Shown here one piece after another: positions 38,962 through 55,100 of a stretch of 64,000 nt of DNA (position 1 is its first letter; each line of letters starts with the position of its first letter). A program made the position numbers and the translations under genes. The stretch comes from Auanema rhodensis (taxonomy: Eukaryota > Animalia > Nematoda), in the NCBI GenBank assembly GCA_964057225.1, contig OZ059896.1, forward strand, positions 20,894,001 to 20,958,000, given 5' to 3'. The notes beneath the pieces are model-generated. The model worked only from the letters and a program-made list of their open reading frames with translations. It did not search any database and had not been told where the DNA came from.

Positions 38962-41900
38962 TTAGTTATGATCGTTTGAAAAATGATGCATTAGTGTATG
39001 TTGAGTTTCCATGTACACTCAACATTGCTTCCAAAAACATTTTGACAAAAATTTTTTCGAAAAATTTCAGAATAATTTAGCAAAAAGTAGATGTTTTTAG
39101 ATTCCTTTTTTTAAGGCAAAGACGATAGACAATGTTATTCAACGAAAAAATTAATTCTTCAGGGTGAAAATCGAGGATATAAGTGTGAACTTATATCAGT
39201 TGATATCTCGGTGCATTTTCAAGCTAGCGCAAATCTGATAACACAGATCGACGCAGCTTAAAAATCCGCATCGAATGCACTATACTACATTGAGAAACGC
39301 TTGATACAAAAATTAGTTATGATCGTTTGAAAAATGATGCATTAGTGTATGTTGAGTTTCCATGTACACTCAACATTGCTTCCAAAAACATTTTGACAAA
39401 AATTTTTTCGAAAAATTTCAAAATAATTTAGCAAAAAGTAGATGTTTTTAGATTCCATTTTTCAAGGCAAAGACGATAGACAATGTTATTCAACGAAAAA
39501 ATTAATTCTTCAGGGTGAAAATCGAGGATATAAGTGTGAACTTATATCAGTTGATATCTCGGTGCATTTTCAAGCTAGCGCAAATCTGATAACACAGATC
39601 GACGCAGCTTAAAAATCCGCATCGAATGCACTATACTACATTGAGAAACGCTTGATACAAAAATTAGTTATGATCGTTTGAAAAATGATGCATTAGTGTA
39701 TGTTGAGTTTCCATGTACACTCAACATTGCTTCCAAAAACATTTTGACAAAAATTTTTTCGAAAAATTTCAAAATAATTTAGCAAAAAGTAGATGTTTTT
39801 AGATTCCATTTTTCAAGGCAAAGACGATAAACAATGTTATTCAACGAAAAAATTAATTTTTCAGGGTGAAAATCGAGGATATAAGTGTGAACTTATATCA
39901 GTTGATATCTCGGTGCATTTTCAAGCTAGCGCAAATCTGATAACACAGATCGACGCAGCTTAAAAATCCGCATCGAATGCACTATACTACATTGAGAAAC
40001 GCTTGATACAAAAATTAGTTATGATCGTTTGAAAAATGATGCATTAGTGTATGTTGAGTTTCCATGTACACTCAACATTGCTTCCAAAAACATTTTGACA
40101 AAAATTTTTTCGAAAAATTTCAAGATAATTTAGCAAAAAGTAGATGTTTTTAGATTCCTTTTTTTAAGGCAAAGACGATAGACAATGTTATTCAACGAAA
40201 AAATTAATTCTTCAGGGTGAAAATCGAGGATATAAGTGTGAACTTATATCAGTTGATATCTCGGTGCATTTTCAAGCTAGCGCAAATCTGATAACACAGA
40301 TCGACGCAGCTTAAAAATCCGCATCGAATGCACTATACTACATTGAGAAACGCTTGATACAAAAATTAGTTATGATCGTTTGAAAAATGATGCATTAGTG
40401 TATGTTGAGTTTCCATGTACACTCAACATTGCTTCCAAAAACATTTTGACAAAAATTTTTTCGAAAAATTTCAGAATAATTTAGCAAAAAGTAGATGTTT
40501 TTAGATTCCTTTTTTTAAGGCAAAGACGATAGACAATGTTATTCAACGAAAAAATTAATTCTTCAGGGTGAAAATCGAGGATATAAGTGTGAACTTATAT
40601 CAGTTGATATCTCGGTGCATTTTCAAGCTAGCGCAAATCTGATAACACAGATCGACGCAGCTTAAAAATCCGCATCGAATGCACTATACTACATTGAGAA
40701 ACGCTTGATACAAAAATTAGTTATGATCGTTTGAAAAATGATGCATTAGTGTATGTTGAGTTTCCATGTACACTCAACATTGCTTCCAAAAACATTTTGA
40801 CAAAAATTTTTTCGAAAAATTTCAAAATAATTTAGCAAAAAGTAGATGTTTTTAGATTCCATTTTTCAAGGCAAAGACGATAGACAATGTTATTCAACGA
40901 AAAAATTAATTCTTCAGGGTGAAAATCGAGGATATAAGTGTGAACTTATATCAGTTGATATCTCGGTGCATTTTCAAGCTAGCGCAAATCTGATAACACA
41001 GATCGACGCAGCTTAAAAATCCGCATCGAATGCACTATACTACATTGAGAAACGCTTGATACAAAAATTAGTTATGATCGTTTGAAAAATGATGCATTAG
41101 TGTATGTTGAGTTTCCATGTACACTCAACATTGCTTCCAAAAACATTTTGACAAAAATTTTTTCGAAAAATTTCAAAATAATTTAGCAAAAAGTAGATGT
41201 TTTTAGATTCCATTTTTCAAGGCAAAGACGATAAACAATGTTATTCAACGAAAAAATTAATTTTTCAGGGTGAAAATCGAGGATATAAGTGTGAACTTAT
41301 ATCAGTTGATATCTCGGTGCATTTTCAAGCTAGCGCAAATCTGATAACACAGATCGACGCAGCTTAAAAATCCGCATCGAATGCACTATACTACATTGAG
41401 AAACGCTTGATACAAAAATTAGTTATGATCGTTTGAAAAATGATGCATTAGTGTATGTTGAGTTTCCATGTACACTCAACATTGCTTCCAAAAACATTTT
41501 GACAAAAATTTTTTCGAAAAATTTCAAGATAATTTAGCAAAAAGTAGATGTTTTTAGATTCCTTTTTTTAAGGCAAAGACGATAGACAATGTTATTCAAC
41601 GAAAAAATTAATTCTTCAGGGTGAAAATCGAGGATATAAGTGTGAACTTATATCAGTTGATATCTCGGTGCATTTTCAAGCTAGCGCAAATCTGATAACA
41701 CAGATCGACGCAGCTTAAAAATCCGCATCGAATGCACTATACTACATTGAGAAACGCTTGATACAAAAATTAGTTATGATCGTTTGAAAAATGATGCATT
41801 AGTGTATGTTGAGTTTCCATGTACACTCAACATTGCTTCCAAAAACATTTTGACAAAAATTTTTTCGAAAAATTTCAAAATAATTTAGCAAAAAGTAGAT

Positions 41901-43875
41901 GTTTTTAGATTCCATTTTTCAAGGCAAAGACGATAGACAATGTTATTCAACGAAAAAATTAATTCTTCAGGGTGAAAATCGAGGATATAAGTGTGAACTT
42001 ATATCAGTTGATATCTCGGTGCATTTTCAAGCTAGCGCAAATCTGATAACACAGATCGACGCAGCTTAAAAATCCGCATCGAATGCACTATACTACATTG
42101 AGAAACGCTTGATACAAAAATTAGTTATGATCGTTTGAAAAATGATGCATTAGTGTATGTTGAGTTTCCATGTACACTCAACATTGCTTCCAAAAACATT
42201 TTGACAAAAATTTTTTCGAAAAATTTCAGAATAATTTAGCAAAAAGTAGATGTTTTTAGATTCCTTTTTTTAAGGCAAAGACGATAGACAATGTTATTCA
42301 ACGAAAAAATTAATTCTTCAGGGTGAAAATCGAGGATATAAGTGTGAACTTATATCAGTTGATATCTCGGTGCATTTTCAAGCTAGCGCAAATCTGATAA
42401 CACAGATCGACGCAGCTTAAAAATCCGCATCGAATGCACTATACTACATTGAGAAACGCTTGATACAAAAATTAGTTATGATCGTTTGAAAAATGATGCA
42501 TTAGTGTATGTTGAGTTTCCATGTACACTCAACATTGCTTCCAAAAACATTTTGACAAAAATTTTTTCGAAAAATTTCAAAATAATTTAGCAAAAAGTAG
42601 ATGTTTTTAGATTCCATTTTTCAAGGCAAAGACGATAGACAATGTTATTCAACGAAAAAATTAATTCTTCAGGGTGAAAATCGAGGATATAAGTGTGAAC
42701 TTATATCAGTTGATATCTCGGTGCATTTTCAAGCTAGCGCAAATCTGATAACACAGATCGACGCAGCTTAAAAATCCGCATCGAATGCACTATACTACAT
42801 TGAGAAACGCTTGATACAAAAATTAGTTATGATCGTTTGAAAAATGATGCATTAGTGTATGTTGAGTTTCCATGTACACTCAACATTGCTTCCAAAAACA
42901 TTTTGACAAAAATTTTTTCGAAAAATTTCAAAATAATTTAGCAAAAAGTAGATGTTTTTAGATTCCATTTTTCAAGGCAAAGACGATAAACAATGTTATT
43001 CAACGAAAAAATTAATTTTTCAGGGTGAAAATCGAGGATATAAGTGTGAACTTATATCAGTTGATATCTCGGTGCATTTTCAAGCTAGCGCAAATCTGAT
43101 AACACAGATCGACGCAGCTTAAAAATCCGCATCGAATGCACTATACTACATTGAGAAACGCTTGATACAAAAATTAGTTATGATCGTTTGAAAAATGATG
43201 CATTAGTGTATGTTGAGTTTCCATGTACACTCAACATTGCTTCCAAAAACATTTTGACAAAAATTTTTTCGAAAAATTTCAAGATAATTTAGCAAAAAGT
43301 AGATGTTTTTAGATTCCTTTTTTTAAGGCAAAGACGATAGACAATGTTATTCAACGAAAAAATTAATTCTTCAGGGTGAAAATCGAGGATATAAGTGTGA
43401 ACTTATATCAGTTGATATCTCGGTGCATTTTCAAGCTAGCGCAAATCTGATAACACAGATCGACGCAGCTTAAAAATCCGCATCGAATGCACTATACTAC
43501 ATTGAGAAACGCTTGATACAAAAATTAGTTATGATCGTTTGAAAAATGATGCATTAGTGTATGTTGAGTTTCCATGTACACTCAACATTGCTTCCAAAAA
43601 CATTTTGACAAAAATTTTTTCGAAAAATTTCAAAATAATTTAGCAAAAAGTAGATGTTTTTAGATTCCATTTTTCAAGGCAAAGACGATAGACAATGTTA
43701 TTCAACGAAAAAATTAATTCTTCAGGGTGAAAATCGAGGATATAAGTGTGAACTTATATCAGTTGATATCTCGGTGCATTTTCAAGCTAGCGCAAATCTG
43801 ATAACACAGATCGACGCAGCTTAAAAATCCGCATCGAATGCACTATACTACATTGAGAAACGCTTGATACAAAAA
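38962..43875. repeat. Overlapping 4-mer (U112-115 = U116-119) and 5-mer (U116-120 = U121-125) duplications
   Basis: A109G in U112, 116, 121; C196T+TAAAC in U114, 118, 123; A110G in U115, 119, 124. Confidence 0.8.
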
Positions 43876-46800
43876 TTAGTTATGATCGTTTGAAAAATGA
43901 TGCATTAGTGTATGTTGAGTTTCCATGTACACTCAACATTGCTTCCAAAAACATTTTGACAAAAATTTTTTCGAAAAATTTCAGAATAATTTAGCAAAAA
44001 GTAGATGTTTTTAGATTCCATTTTTCAAGGCAAAGACGATAGACAATGTTATTCAACGAAAAAATTAATTCTTCAGGGTGAAAATCGAGGATATAAGTGT
44101 GAACTTATATCAGTTGATATCTCGGTGCATTTTCAAGCTAGCGCAAATCTGATAACACAGATCGACGCAGCTTAAAAATCCGCATCGAATGCACTATACT
44201 ACATTGAGAAACGCTTGATACAAAAATTAGTTATGATCGTTTGAAAAATGATGCATTAGTGTATGTTGAGTTTCCATGTACACTCAACATTGCTTCCAAA
44301 AACATTTTGACAAAAATTTTTTCGAAAAATTTCAAAATAATTTAGCAAAAAGTAGATGTTTTTAGATTCCATTTTTCAAGGCAAAGACGATAAACAATGT
44401 TATTCAACGAAAAAATTAATTCTTCAGGGTGAAAATCGAGGATATAAGTGTGAACTTATATCAGTTGATATCTCGGTGCATTTTCAAGCTAGCGCAAATC
44501 TGATAACACAGATCGACGCAGCTTAAAAATCCGCATCGAATGCACTATACTACATTGAGAAACGCTTGATACAAAAATTAGTTATGATCGTTTGAAAAAT
44601 GATGCATTAGTGTATGTTGAGTTTCCATGTACACTCAACATTGCTTCCAAAAACATTTTGACAAAAATTTTTTCGAAAAATTTCAAAATAATTTAGCAAA
44701 AAGTAGATGTTTTTAGATTCCATTTTTCAAGGCAAAGACGATAGACAATGTTATTCAACGAAAAAATTAATTCTTCAGGGTGAAAATCGAGGATATAAGT
44801 GTGAACTTATATCAGTTGATATCTCGGTGCATTTTCAAGCTAGCGCAAATCTGATAACACAGATCGACGCAGCTTAAAAATCCGCATCGAATGCACTATA
44901 CTACATTGAGAAACGCTTGATACAAAAATTAGTTATGATCGTTTGAAAAATGATGCATTAGTGTATGTTGAGTTTCCATGTACACTCAACATTGCTTCCA
45001 AAAACATTTTGACAAAAATTTTTTCGAAAAATTTCAAAATAATTTAGCAAAAAGTAGATGTTTTTAGATTCCATTTTTCAAGGCAAAGACGATAGACAAT
45101 GTTATTCAACGAAAAAATTAATTCTTCAGGGTGAAAATCGAGGATATAAGTGTGAACTTATATCAGTTGATATCTCGGTGCATTTTCAAGCTAGCGCAAA
45201 TCTGATAACACAGATCGACGCAGCTTAAAAATCCGCATCGAATGCACTATACTACATTGAGAAACGCTTGATACAAAAATTAGTTATGATCGTTTGAAAA
45301 ATGATGCATTAGTGTATGTTGAGTTTCCATGTACACTCAACATTGCTTCCAAAAACATTTTGACAAAAATTTTTTCGAAAAATTTCAAAATAATTTAGCA
45401 AAAAGTAGATGTTTTTAGATTCCATTTTTCAAGGCAAAGACGATAAACAATGTTATTCAACGAAAAAATTAATTCTTCAGGGTGAAAATCGAGGATATAA
45501 GTGTGAACTTATATCAGTTGATATCTCGGTGCATTTTCAAGCTAGCGCAAATCTGATAACACAGATCGACGCAGCTTAAAAATCCGCATCGAATGCACTA
45601 TACTACATTGAGAAACGCTTGATACAAAAATTAGTTATGATCGTTTGAAAAATGATGCATTAGTGTATGTTGAGTTTCCATGTACACTCAACATTGCTTC
45701 CAAAAACATTTTGACAAAAATTTTTTCGAAAAATTTCAAAATAATTTAGCAAAAAGTAGATGTTTTTAGATTCCATTTTTCAAGGCAAAGACGATAGACA
45801 ATGTTATTCAACGAAAAAATTAATTCTTCAGGGTGAAAATCGAGGATATAAGTGTGAACTTATATCAGTTGATATCTCGGTGCATTTTCAAGCTAGCGCA
45901 AATCTGATAACACAGATCGACGCAGCTTAAAAATCCGCATCGAATGCACTATACTACATTGAGAAACGCTTGATACAAAAATTAGTTATGATCGTTTGAA
46001 AAATGATGCATTAGTGTATGTTGAGTTTCCATGTACACTCAACATTGCTTCCAAAAACATTTTGACAAAAATTTTTTCGAAAAATTTCAAAATAATTTAG
46101 CAAAAAGTAGATGTTTTTAGATTCCATTTTTCAAGGCAAAGACGATAGACAATGTTATTCAACGAAAAAATTAATTCTTCAGGGTGAAAATCGAGGATAT
46201 AAGTGTGAACTTATATCAGTTGATATCTCGGTGCATTTTCAAGCTAGCGCAAATCTGATAACACAGATCGACGCAGCTTAAAAATCCGCATCGAATGCAC
46301 TATACTACATTGAGAAACGCTTGATACAAAAATTAGTTATGATCGTTTGAAAAATGATGCATTAGTGTATGTTGAGTTTCCATGTACACTCAACATTGCT
46401 TCCAAAAACATTTTGACAAAAATTTTTTCGAAAAATTTCAAAATAATTTAGCAAAAAGTAGATGTTTTTAGATTCCATTTTTCAAGGCAAAGACGATAGA
46501 CAATGTTATTCAACGAAAAAATTAATTCTTCAGGGTGAAAATCGAGGATATAAGTGTGAACTTATATCAGTTGATATCTCGGTGCATTTTCAAGCTAGCG
46601 CAAATCTGATAACACAGATCGACGCAGCTTAAAAATCCGCATCGAATGCACTATACTACATTGAGAAACGCTTGATACAAAAATTAGTTATGATCGTTTG
46701 AAAAATGATGCATTAGTGTATGTTGAGTTTCCATGTACACTCAACATTGCTTCCAAAAACATTTTGACAAAAATTTTTTCGAAAAATTTCAAAATAATTT

Positions 46801-49140
46801 AGCAAAAAGTAGATGTTTTTAGATTCCATTTTTCAAGGCAAAGACGATAAACAATGTTATTCAACGAAAAAATTAATTCTTCAGGGTGAAAATCGAGGAT
46901 ATAAGTGTGAACTTATATCAGTTGATATCTCGGTGCATTTTCAAGCTAGCGCAAATCTGATAACACAGATCGACGCAGCTTAAAAATCCGCATCGAATGC
47001 ACTATACTACATTGAGAAACGCTTGATACAAAAATTAGTTATGATCGTTTGAAAAATGATGCATTAGTGTATGTTGAGTTTCCATGTACACTCAACATTG
47101 CTTCCAAAAACATTTTGACAAAAATTTTTTCGAAAAATTTCAAAATAATTTAGCAAAAAGTAGATGTTTTTAGATTCCTTTTTTTAAGGCAAAGACGATA
47201 GACAATGTTATTCAACGAAAAAATTAATTCTTCAGGGTGAAAATCGAGGATATAAGTGTGAACTTATATCAGTTGATATCTCGGTGCATTTTCAAGCTAG
47301 CGCAAATCTGATAACACAGATCGACGCAGCTTAAAAATCCGCATCGAATGCACTATACTACATTGAGAAACGCTTGATACAAAAATTAGTTATGATCGTT
47401 TGAAAAATGATGCATTAGTGTATGTTGAGTTTCCATGTACACTCAACATTGCTTCCAAAAACATTTTGACAAAAATTTTTTCGAAAAATTTCAAAATAAT
47501 TTAGCAAAAAGTAGATGTTTTTAGATTCCATTTTTCAAGGCAAAGACGATAGACAATGTTATTCAACGAAAAAATTAATTCTTCAGGGTGAAAATCGAGG
47601 ATATAAGTGTGAACTTATATCAGTTGATATCTCGGTGCATTTTCAAGCTAGCGCAAATCTGATAACACAGATCGACGCAGCTTAAAAATCCGCATCGAAT
47701 GCACTATACTACATTGAGAAACGCTTGATACAAAAATTAGTTATGATCGTTTGAAAAATGATGCATTAGTGTATGTTGAGTTTCCATGTACACTCAACAT
47801 TGCTTCCAAAAACATTTTGACAAACATTTTTTCGAAAAATTTCAAAATAATTTAGCAAAAAGTAGATGTTTTTAGATTCCATTTTTCAAGGCAAAGACGA
47901 TAGACAATGTTATTCAACGAAAAAATTAATTCTTCAGGGTGAAAATCGAGGATATAAGTGTGAACTTATATCAGTTGAAATCTCGGTGCATTTTCAAGCT
48001 AGCGCAAATCTGATAACACAGATCGACGCAGCTTAAAAATCCGCATCGAATGCACTATACTACATTGAGAAACGCTTGATACAAAAATTAGTTATGATCG
48101 TTTGAAAAATGATGCATTAGTGTATGTTGAGTTTCCATGTACACTCAACATTGCTTCCAAAAACATTTTGACAAAAATTTTTTCGAAAAATTTCAAAATA
48201 ATTTAGCAAAAAGTAGATGTTTTTAGATTCCATTTTTCAAGGCAAAGACGATAGACAATGTTATTCAACGAAAAAATTAATTCTTCAGGGTGAAAATCGA
48301 GGATATAAGTGTGAACTTATATCAGTTGATATCTCGGTGCATTTTCAAGCTAGCGCAAATCTGATAACACAGATCGACGCAGCTTAAAAATCCGCATCGA
48401 ATGCACTATACTACATTGAGAAACGCTTGATACAAAAATTAGTTATGATCGTTTGAAAAATGATGCATTAGTGTATGTTGAGTTTCCATGTACACTCAAC
48501 ATTGCTTCCAAAAACATTTTGACAAAAATTTTTTCGAAAAATTTCAAAATAATTTAGCAAAAAGTAGATGTTTTTAGATTCCTTTTTTTAAGGCAAAGAC
48601 GATAGACAATGTTATTCAACGAAAAAATTAATTCTTCAGGGTGAAAATCGAGGATATAAGTGTGAACTTATATCAGTTGATATCTCGGTGCATTTTCAAG
48701 CTAGCGCAAATCTGATAACACAGATCGACGCAGCTTAAAAATCCGCATCGAATGCACTATACTACATTGAGAAACGCTTGATACAAAAATTAGTTATGAT
48801 CGTTTGAAAAATGATGCATTAGTGTATGTTGAGTTTCCATGTACACTCAACATTGCTTCCAAAAACATTTTGACAAAAATTTTTTCGAAAAATTTCAAAA
48901 TAATTTAGCAAAAAGTAGATGTTTTTAGATTCCATTTTTCAAGGCAAAGACGATAGACAATGTTATTCAACGAAAAAATTAATTCTTCAGGGTGAAAATC
49001 GAGGATATAAGTGTGAACTTATATTAGTTGATATCTCGGTGCATTTTCAAGCTAGCGCAAATCTGATAACACAGATCGACGCAGCTTAAAAATCCGCATC
49101 GAATGCACTATACTACATTGAGAAACGCTTGATACAAAAA

Positions 49141-52100
49141 TTAGTTATGATCGTTTGAAAAATGATGCATTAGTGTATGTTGAGTTTCCATGTACACTCA
49201 ACATTGCTTCCAAAAACATTTTGACAAAAATTTTTTCGAAAAATTTCAAAATAATTTAGCAAAAAGTAGATGTTTTTAGATTCCATTTTTCAAGGCAAAG
49301 ACGATAGACAATGTTATTCAACGAAAAAATTAATTCTTCAGGGTGAAAATCGAGGATATAAGTGTGAACTTATATCAGTTGATATCTCGGTGCATTTTCA
49401 AGCTAGCGCAAATCTGATAACACAGATCGACGCAGCTTAAAAATCCGCATCGAATGCACTATACTACATTGAGAAACGCTTGATACAAAAATTAGTTATG
49501 ATCGTTTGAAAAATGATGCATTAGTGTATGTTGAGTTTCCATGTACACTCAACATTGCTTCCAAAAACATTTTGACAAAAATTTTTTCGAAAAATTTCAA
49601 AATAATTTAGCAAAAAGTAGATGTTTTTAGATTCCATTTTTCAAGGCAAAGACGATAGACAATGTTATTCAACGAAAAAATTAATTCTTCAGGGTGAAAA
49701 TCGAGGATATAAGTGTGAACTTATATCAGTTGATATCTCGGTGCATTTTCAAGCTAGCGCAAATCTGATAACACAGATCGACGCAGCTTAAAAATCCGCA
49801 TCGAATGCACTATACTACATTGAGAAACGCTTGATACAAAAATTAGTTATGATCGTTTGAAAAATGATGCATTAGTGTATGTTGAGTTTCCATGTACACT
49901 CAACATTGCTTCCAAAAACATTTTGACAAAAATTTTTTCGAAAAATTTCAAAATAATTTAGCAAAAAGTAGATGTTTTTAGATTCCATTTTTCAAGGCAA
50001 AGACGATAGACAATGTTATTCAACGAAAAAATTAATTCTTCAGGGTGAAAATCGAGGATATAAGTGTGAACTTATATCAGTTGATATCTCGGTGCATTTT
50101 CAAGCTAGCGCAAATCTGATAACACAGATCGACGCAGCTTAAAAATCCGCATCGAATGCACTATACTACATTGAGAAACGCTTGATACAAAAATTAGTTA
50201 TGATCGTTTGAAAAATGATGCATTAGTGTATGTTGAGTTTCCATGTACACTCAACATTGCTTCCAAAAACATTTTGACAAAAATTTTTTCGAAAAATTTC
50301 AAAATAATTTAGCAAAAAGTAGATGTTTTTAGATTCCATTTTTCAAGGCAAAGACGATAGACAATGTTATTCAACGAAAAAATTAATTCTTCAGGGTGAA
50401 AATCGAGGATATAAGTGTGAACTTATATCAGTTGATATCTCGGTGCATTTTCAAGCTAGCGCAAATCTGATAACACAGATCGACGCAGCTTAAAAATCCG
50501 CATCGAATGCACTATACTACATTGAGAAACGCTTGATACAAAAATTAGTTATGATCGTTTGAAAAATGATGCATTAGTGTATGTTGAGTTTCCATGTACA
50601 CTCAACATTGCTTCCAAAAACATTTTGACAAAAATTTTTTCGAAAAATTTCAAAATAATTTAGCAAAAAGTAGATGTTTTTAGATTCCATTTTTCAAGGC
50701 AAAGACGATAGACAATGTTATTCAACGAAAAAATTAATTCTTCAGGGTGAAAATCGAGGATATAAGTGTGAACTTATATCAGTTGATATCTCGGTGCATT
50801 TTCAAGCTAGCGCAAATCTGATAACACAGATCGACGCAGCTTAAAAATCCGCATCGAATGCACTATACTACATTGAGAAACGCTTGATACAAAAATTAGT
50901 TATGATCGTTTGAAAAATGATGCATTAGTGTATGTTGAGTTTCCATGTACACTCAACATTGCTTCCAAAAACATTTTGACAAAAATTTTTTCGAAAAATT
51001 TCAAAATAATTTAGCAAAAAGTAGATGTTTTTAGATTCCATTTTTCAAGGCAAAGACGATAGACAATGTTATTCAACGAAAAAATTAATTCTTCAGGGTG
51101 AAAATCGAGGATATAAGTGTGAACTTATATCAGTTGATATCTCGGTGCATTTTCAAGCTAGCGCAAATCTGATAACACAGATCGACGCAGCTTAAAAATC
51201 CGCATCGAATGCACTATACTACATTGAGAAACGCTTGATACAAAAATTAGTTATGATCGTTTGAAAAATGATGCATTAGTGTATGTTGAGTTTCCATGTA
51301 CACTCAACATTGCTTCCAAAAACATTTTGACAAAAATTTTTTCGAAAAATTTCAAAATAATTTAGCAAAAAGTAGATGTTTTTAGATTCCATTTTTCAAG
51401 GCAAAGACGATAGACAATGTTATTCAACGAAAAAATTAATTCTTCAGGGTGAAAATCGAGGATATAAGTGTGAACTTATATCAGTTGATATCTCGGTGCA
51501 TTTTCAAGCTAGCGCAAATCTGATAACACAGATCGACGCAGCTTAAAAATCCGCATCGAATGCACTATACTACATTGAGAAACGCTTGATACAAAAATTA
51601 GTTATGATCGTTTGAAAAATGATGCATTAGTGTATGTTGAGTTTCCATGTACACTCAACATTGCTTCCAAAAACATTTTGACAAAAATTTTTTCGAAAAA
51701 TTTCAAAATAATTTAGCAAAAAGTAGATGTTTTTAGATTCCTTTTTTTAAGGCAAAGACGATAGACAATGTTATTCAACGAAAAAATTAATTCTTCAGGG
51801 TGAAAATCGAGGATATAAGTGTGAACTTATATTAGTTGATATCTCGGTGCATTTTCAAGCTAGCGCAAATCTGATAACACAGATCGACGCAGCTTAAAAA
51901 TCCGCATCGAATGCACTATACTACATTGAGAAACGCTTGATACAAAAATTAGTTATGATCGTTTGAAAAATGATGCATTAGTGTATGTTGAGTTTCCATG
52001 TACACTCAACATTGCTTCCAAAAACATTTTGACAAAAATTTTTTCGAAAAATTTCAAAATAATTTAGCAAAAAGTAGATGTTTTTAGATTCCATTTTTCA

Positions 52101-55100
52101 AGGCAAAGACGATAGACAATGTTATTCAACGAAAAAATTAATTCTTCAGGGTGAAAATCGAGGATATAAGTGTGAACTTATATCAGTTGATATCTCGGTG
52201 CATTTTCAAGCTAGCGCAAATCTGATAACACAGATCGACGCAGCTTAAAAATCCGCATCGAATGCACTATACTACATTGAGAAACGCTTGATACAAAAAT
52301 TAGTTATGATCGTTTGAAAAATGATGCATTAGTGTATGTTGAGTTTCCATGTACACTCAACATTGCTTCCAAAAACATTTTGACAAAAATTTTTTCGAAA
52401 AATTTCAAAATAATTTAGCAAAAAGTAGATGTTTTTAGATTCCATTTTTCAAGGCAAAGACGATAGACAATGTTATTCAACGAAAAAATTAATTCTTCAG
52501 GGTGAAAATCGAGGATATAAGTGTGAACTTATATCAGTTGATATCTCGGTGCATTTTCAAGCTAGCGCAAATCTGATAACACAGATCGACGCAGCTTAAA
52601 AATCCGCATCGAATGCACTATACTACATTGAGAAACGCTTGATACAAAAATTAGTTATGATCGTTTGAAAAATGATGCATTAGTGTATGTTGAGTTTCCA
52701 TGTACACTCAACATTGCTTCCAAAAACATTTTGACAAAAATTTTTTCGAAAAATTTCAAAATAATTTAGCAAAAAGTAGATGTTTTTAGATTCCATTTTT
52801 CAAGGCAAAGACGATAGACAATGTTATTCAACGAAAAAATTAATTCTTCAGGGTGAAAATCGAGGATATAAGTGTGAACTTATATCAGTTGATATCTCGG
52901 TGCATTTTCAAGCTAGCGCAAATCTGATAACACAGATCGACGCAGCTTAAAAATCCGCATCGAATGCACTATACTACATTGAGAAACGCTTGATACAAAA
53001 ATTAGTTATGATCGTTTGAAAAATGATGCATTAGTGTATGTTGAGTTTCCATGTACACTCAACATTGCTTCCAAAAACATTTTGACAAAAATTTTTTCGA
53101 AAAATTTCAAAATAATTTAGCAAAAAGTAGATGTTTTTAGATTCCATTTTTCAAGGCAAAGACGATAGACAATGTTATTCAACGAAAAAATTAATTCTTC
53201 AGGGTGAAAATCGAGGATATAAGTGTGAACTTATATCAGTTGATATCTCGGTGCATTTTCAAGCTAGCGCAAATCTGATAACACAGATCGACGCAGCTTA
53301 AAAATCCGCATCGAATGCACTATACTACATTGAGAAACGCTTGATACAAAAATTAGTTATGATCGTTTGAAAAATGATGCATTAGTGTATGTTGAGTTTC
53401 CATGTACACTCAACATTGCTTCCAAAAACATTTTGACAAAAATTTTTTCGAAAAATTTCAAAATAATTTAGCAAAAAGTAGATGTTTTTAGATTCCATTT
53501 TTCAAGGCAAAGACGATAGACAATGTTATTCAACGAAAAAATTAATTCTTCAGGGTGAAAATCGAGGATATAAGTGTGAACTTATATCAGTTGATATCTC
53601 GGTGCATTTTCAAGCTAGCGCAAATCTGATAACACAGATCGACGCAGCTTAAAAATCCGCATCGAATGCACTATACTACATTGAGAAACGCTTGATACAA
53701 AAATTAGTTATGATCGTTTGAAAAATGATGCATTAGTGTATGTTGAGTTTCCATGTACACTCAACATTGCTTCCAAAAACATTTTGACAAAAATTTTTTC
53801 GAAAAATTTCAAAATAATTTAGCAAAAAGTAGATGTTTTTAGATTCCATTTTTCAAGGCAAAGACGATAGACAATGTTATTCAACGAAAAAATTAATTCT
53901 TCAGGGTGAAAATCGAGGATATAAGTGTGAACTTATATCAGTTGATATCTCGGTGCATTTTCAAGCTAGCGCAAATCTGATAACACAGATCGACGCAGCT
54001 TAAAAATCCGCATCGAATGCACTATACTACATTGAGAAACGCTTGATACAAAAATTAGTTATGATCGTTTGAAAAATGATGCATTAGTGTATGTTGAGTT
54101 TCCATGTACACTCAACATTGCTTCCAAAAACATTTTGACAAAAATTTTTTCGAAAAATTTCAAAATAATTTAGCAAAAAGTAGATGTTTTTAGATTCCAT
54201 TTTTCAAGGCAAAGACGATAGACAATGTTATTCAACGAAAAAATTAATTCTTCAGGGTGAAAATCGAGGATATAAGTGTGAACTTATATCAGTTGATATC
54301 TCGGTGCATTTTCAAGCTAGCGCAAATCTGATAACACAGATCGACGCAGCTTAAAAATCCGCATCGAATGCACTATACTACATTGAGAAACGCTTGATAC
54401 AAAAATTAGTTATGATCGTTTGAAAAATGATGCATTAGTGTATGTTGAGTTTCCATGTACACTCAACATTGCTTCCAAAAACATTTTGACAAAAATTTTT
54501 TCGAAAAATTTCAAAATAATTTAGCAAAAAGTAGATGTTTTTAGATTCCTTTTTTTAAGGCAAAGACGATAGACAATGTTATTCAACGAACAAATTAATT
54601 CTTCAGGGTGAAAATCGAGGATATAAGTGTGAACTTATATCAGTTGATATCTCGGTGCATTTTCAAGCTAGCGCAAATCTGATAACACAGATCGACGCAG
54701 CTTAAAAATCCGCATCGAATGCACTATACTACATTGAGAAACGCTTGATACAAAAATTAGTTATGATCGTTTGAAAAATGATGCATTAGTGTATGTTGAG
54801 TTTCCATGTACACTCAACATTGCTTCCAAAAACATTTTGACAAAAATTTTTTCGAAAAATTTCAAAATAATTTAGCAAAAAGTAGATGTTTTTAGATTCC
54901 ATTTTTCAAGGCAAAGACGATAGACAATGTTATTCAACGAAAAAATTAATTCTTCAGGGTGAAAATCGAGGATATAAGTGTGAACTTATATCAGTTGATA
55001 TCTCGGTGCATTTTCAAGCTAGCGCAAATCTGATAACACAGATCGACGCAGCTTAAAAATCCGCATCGAATGCACTATACTACATTGAGAAACGCTTGAT

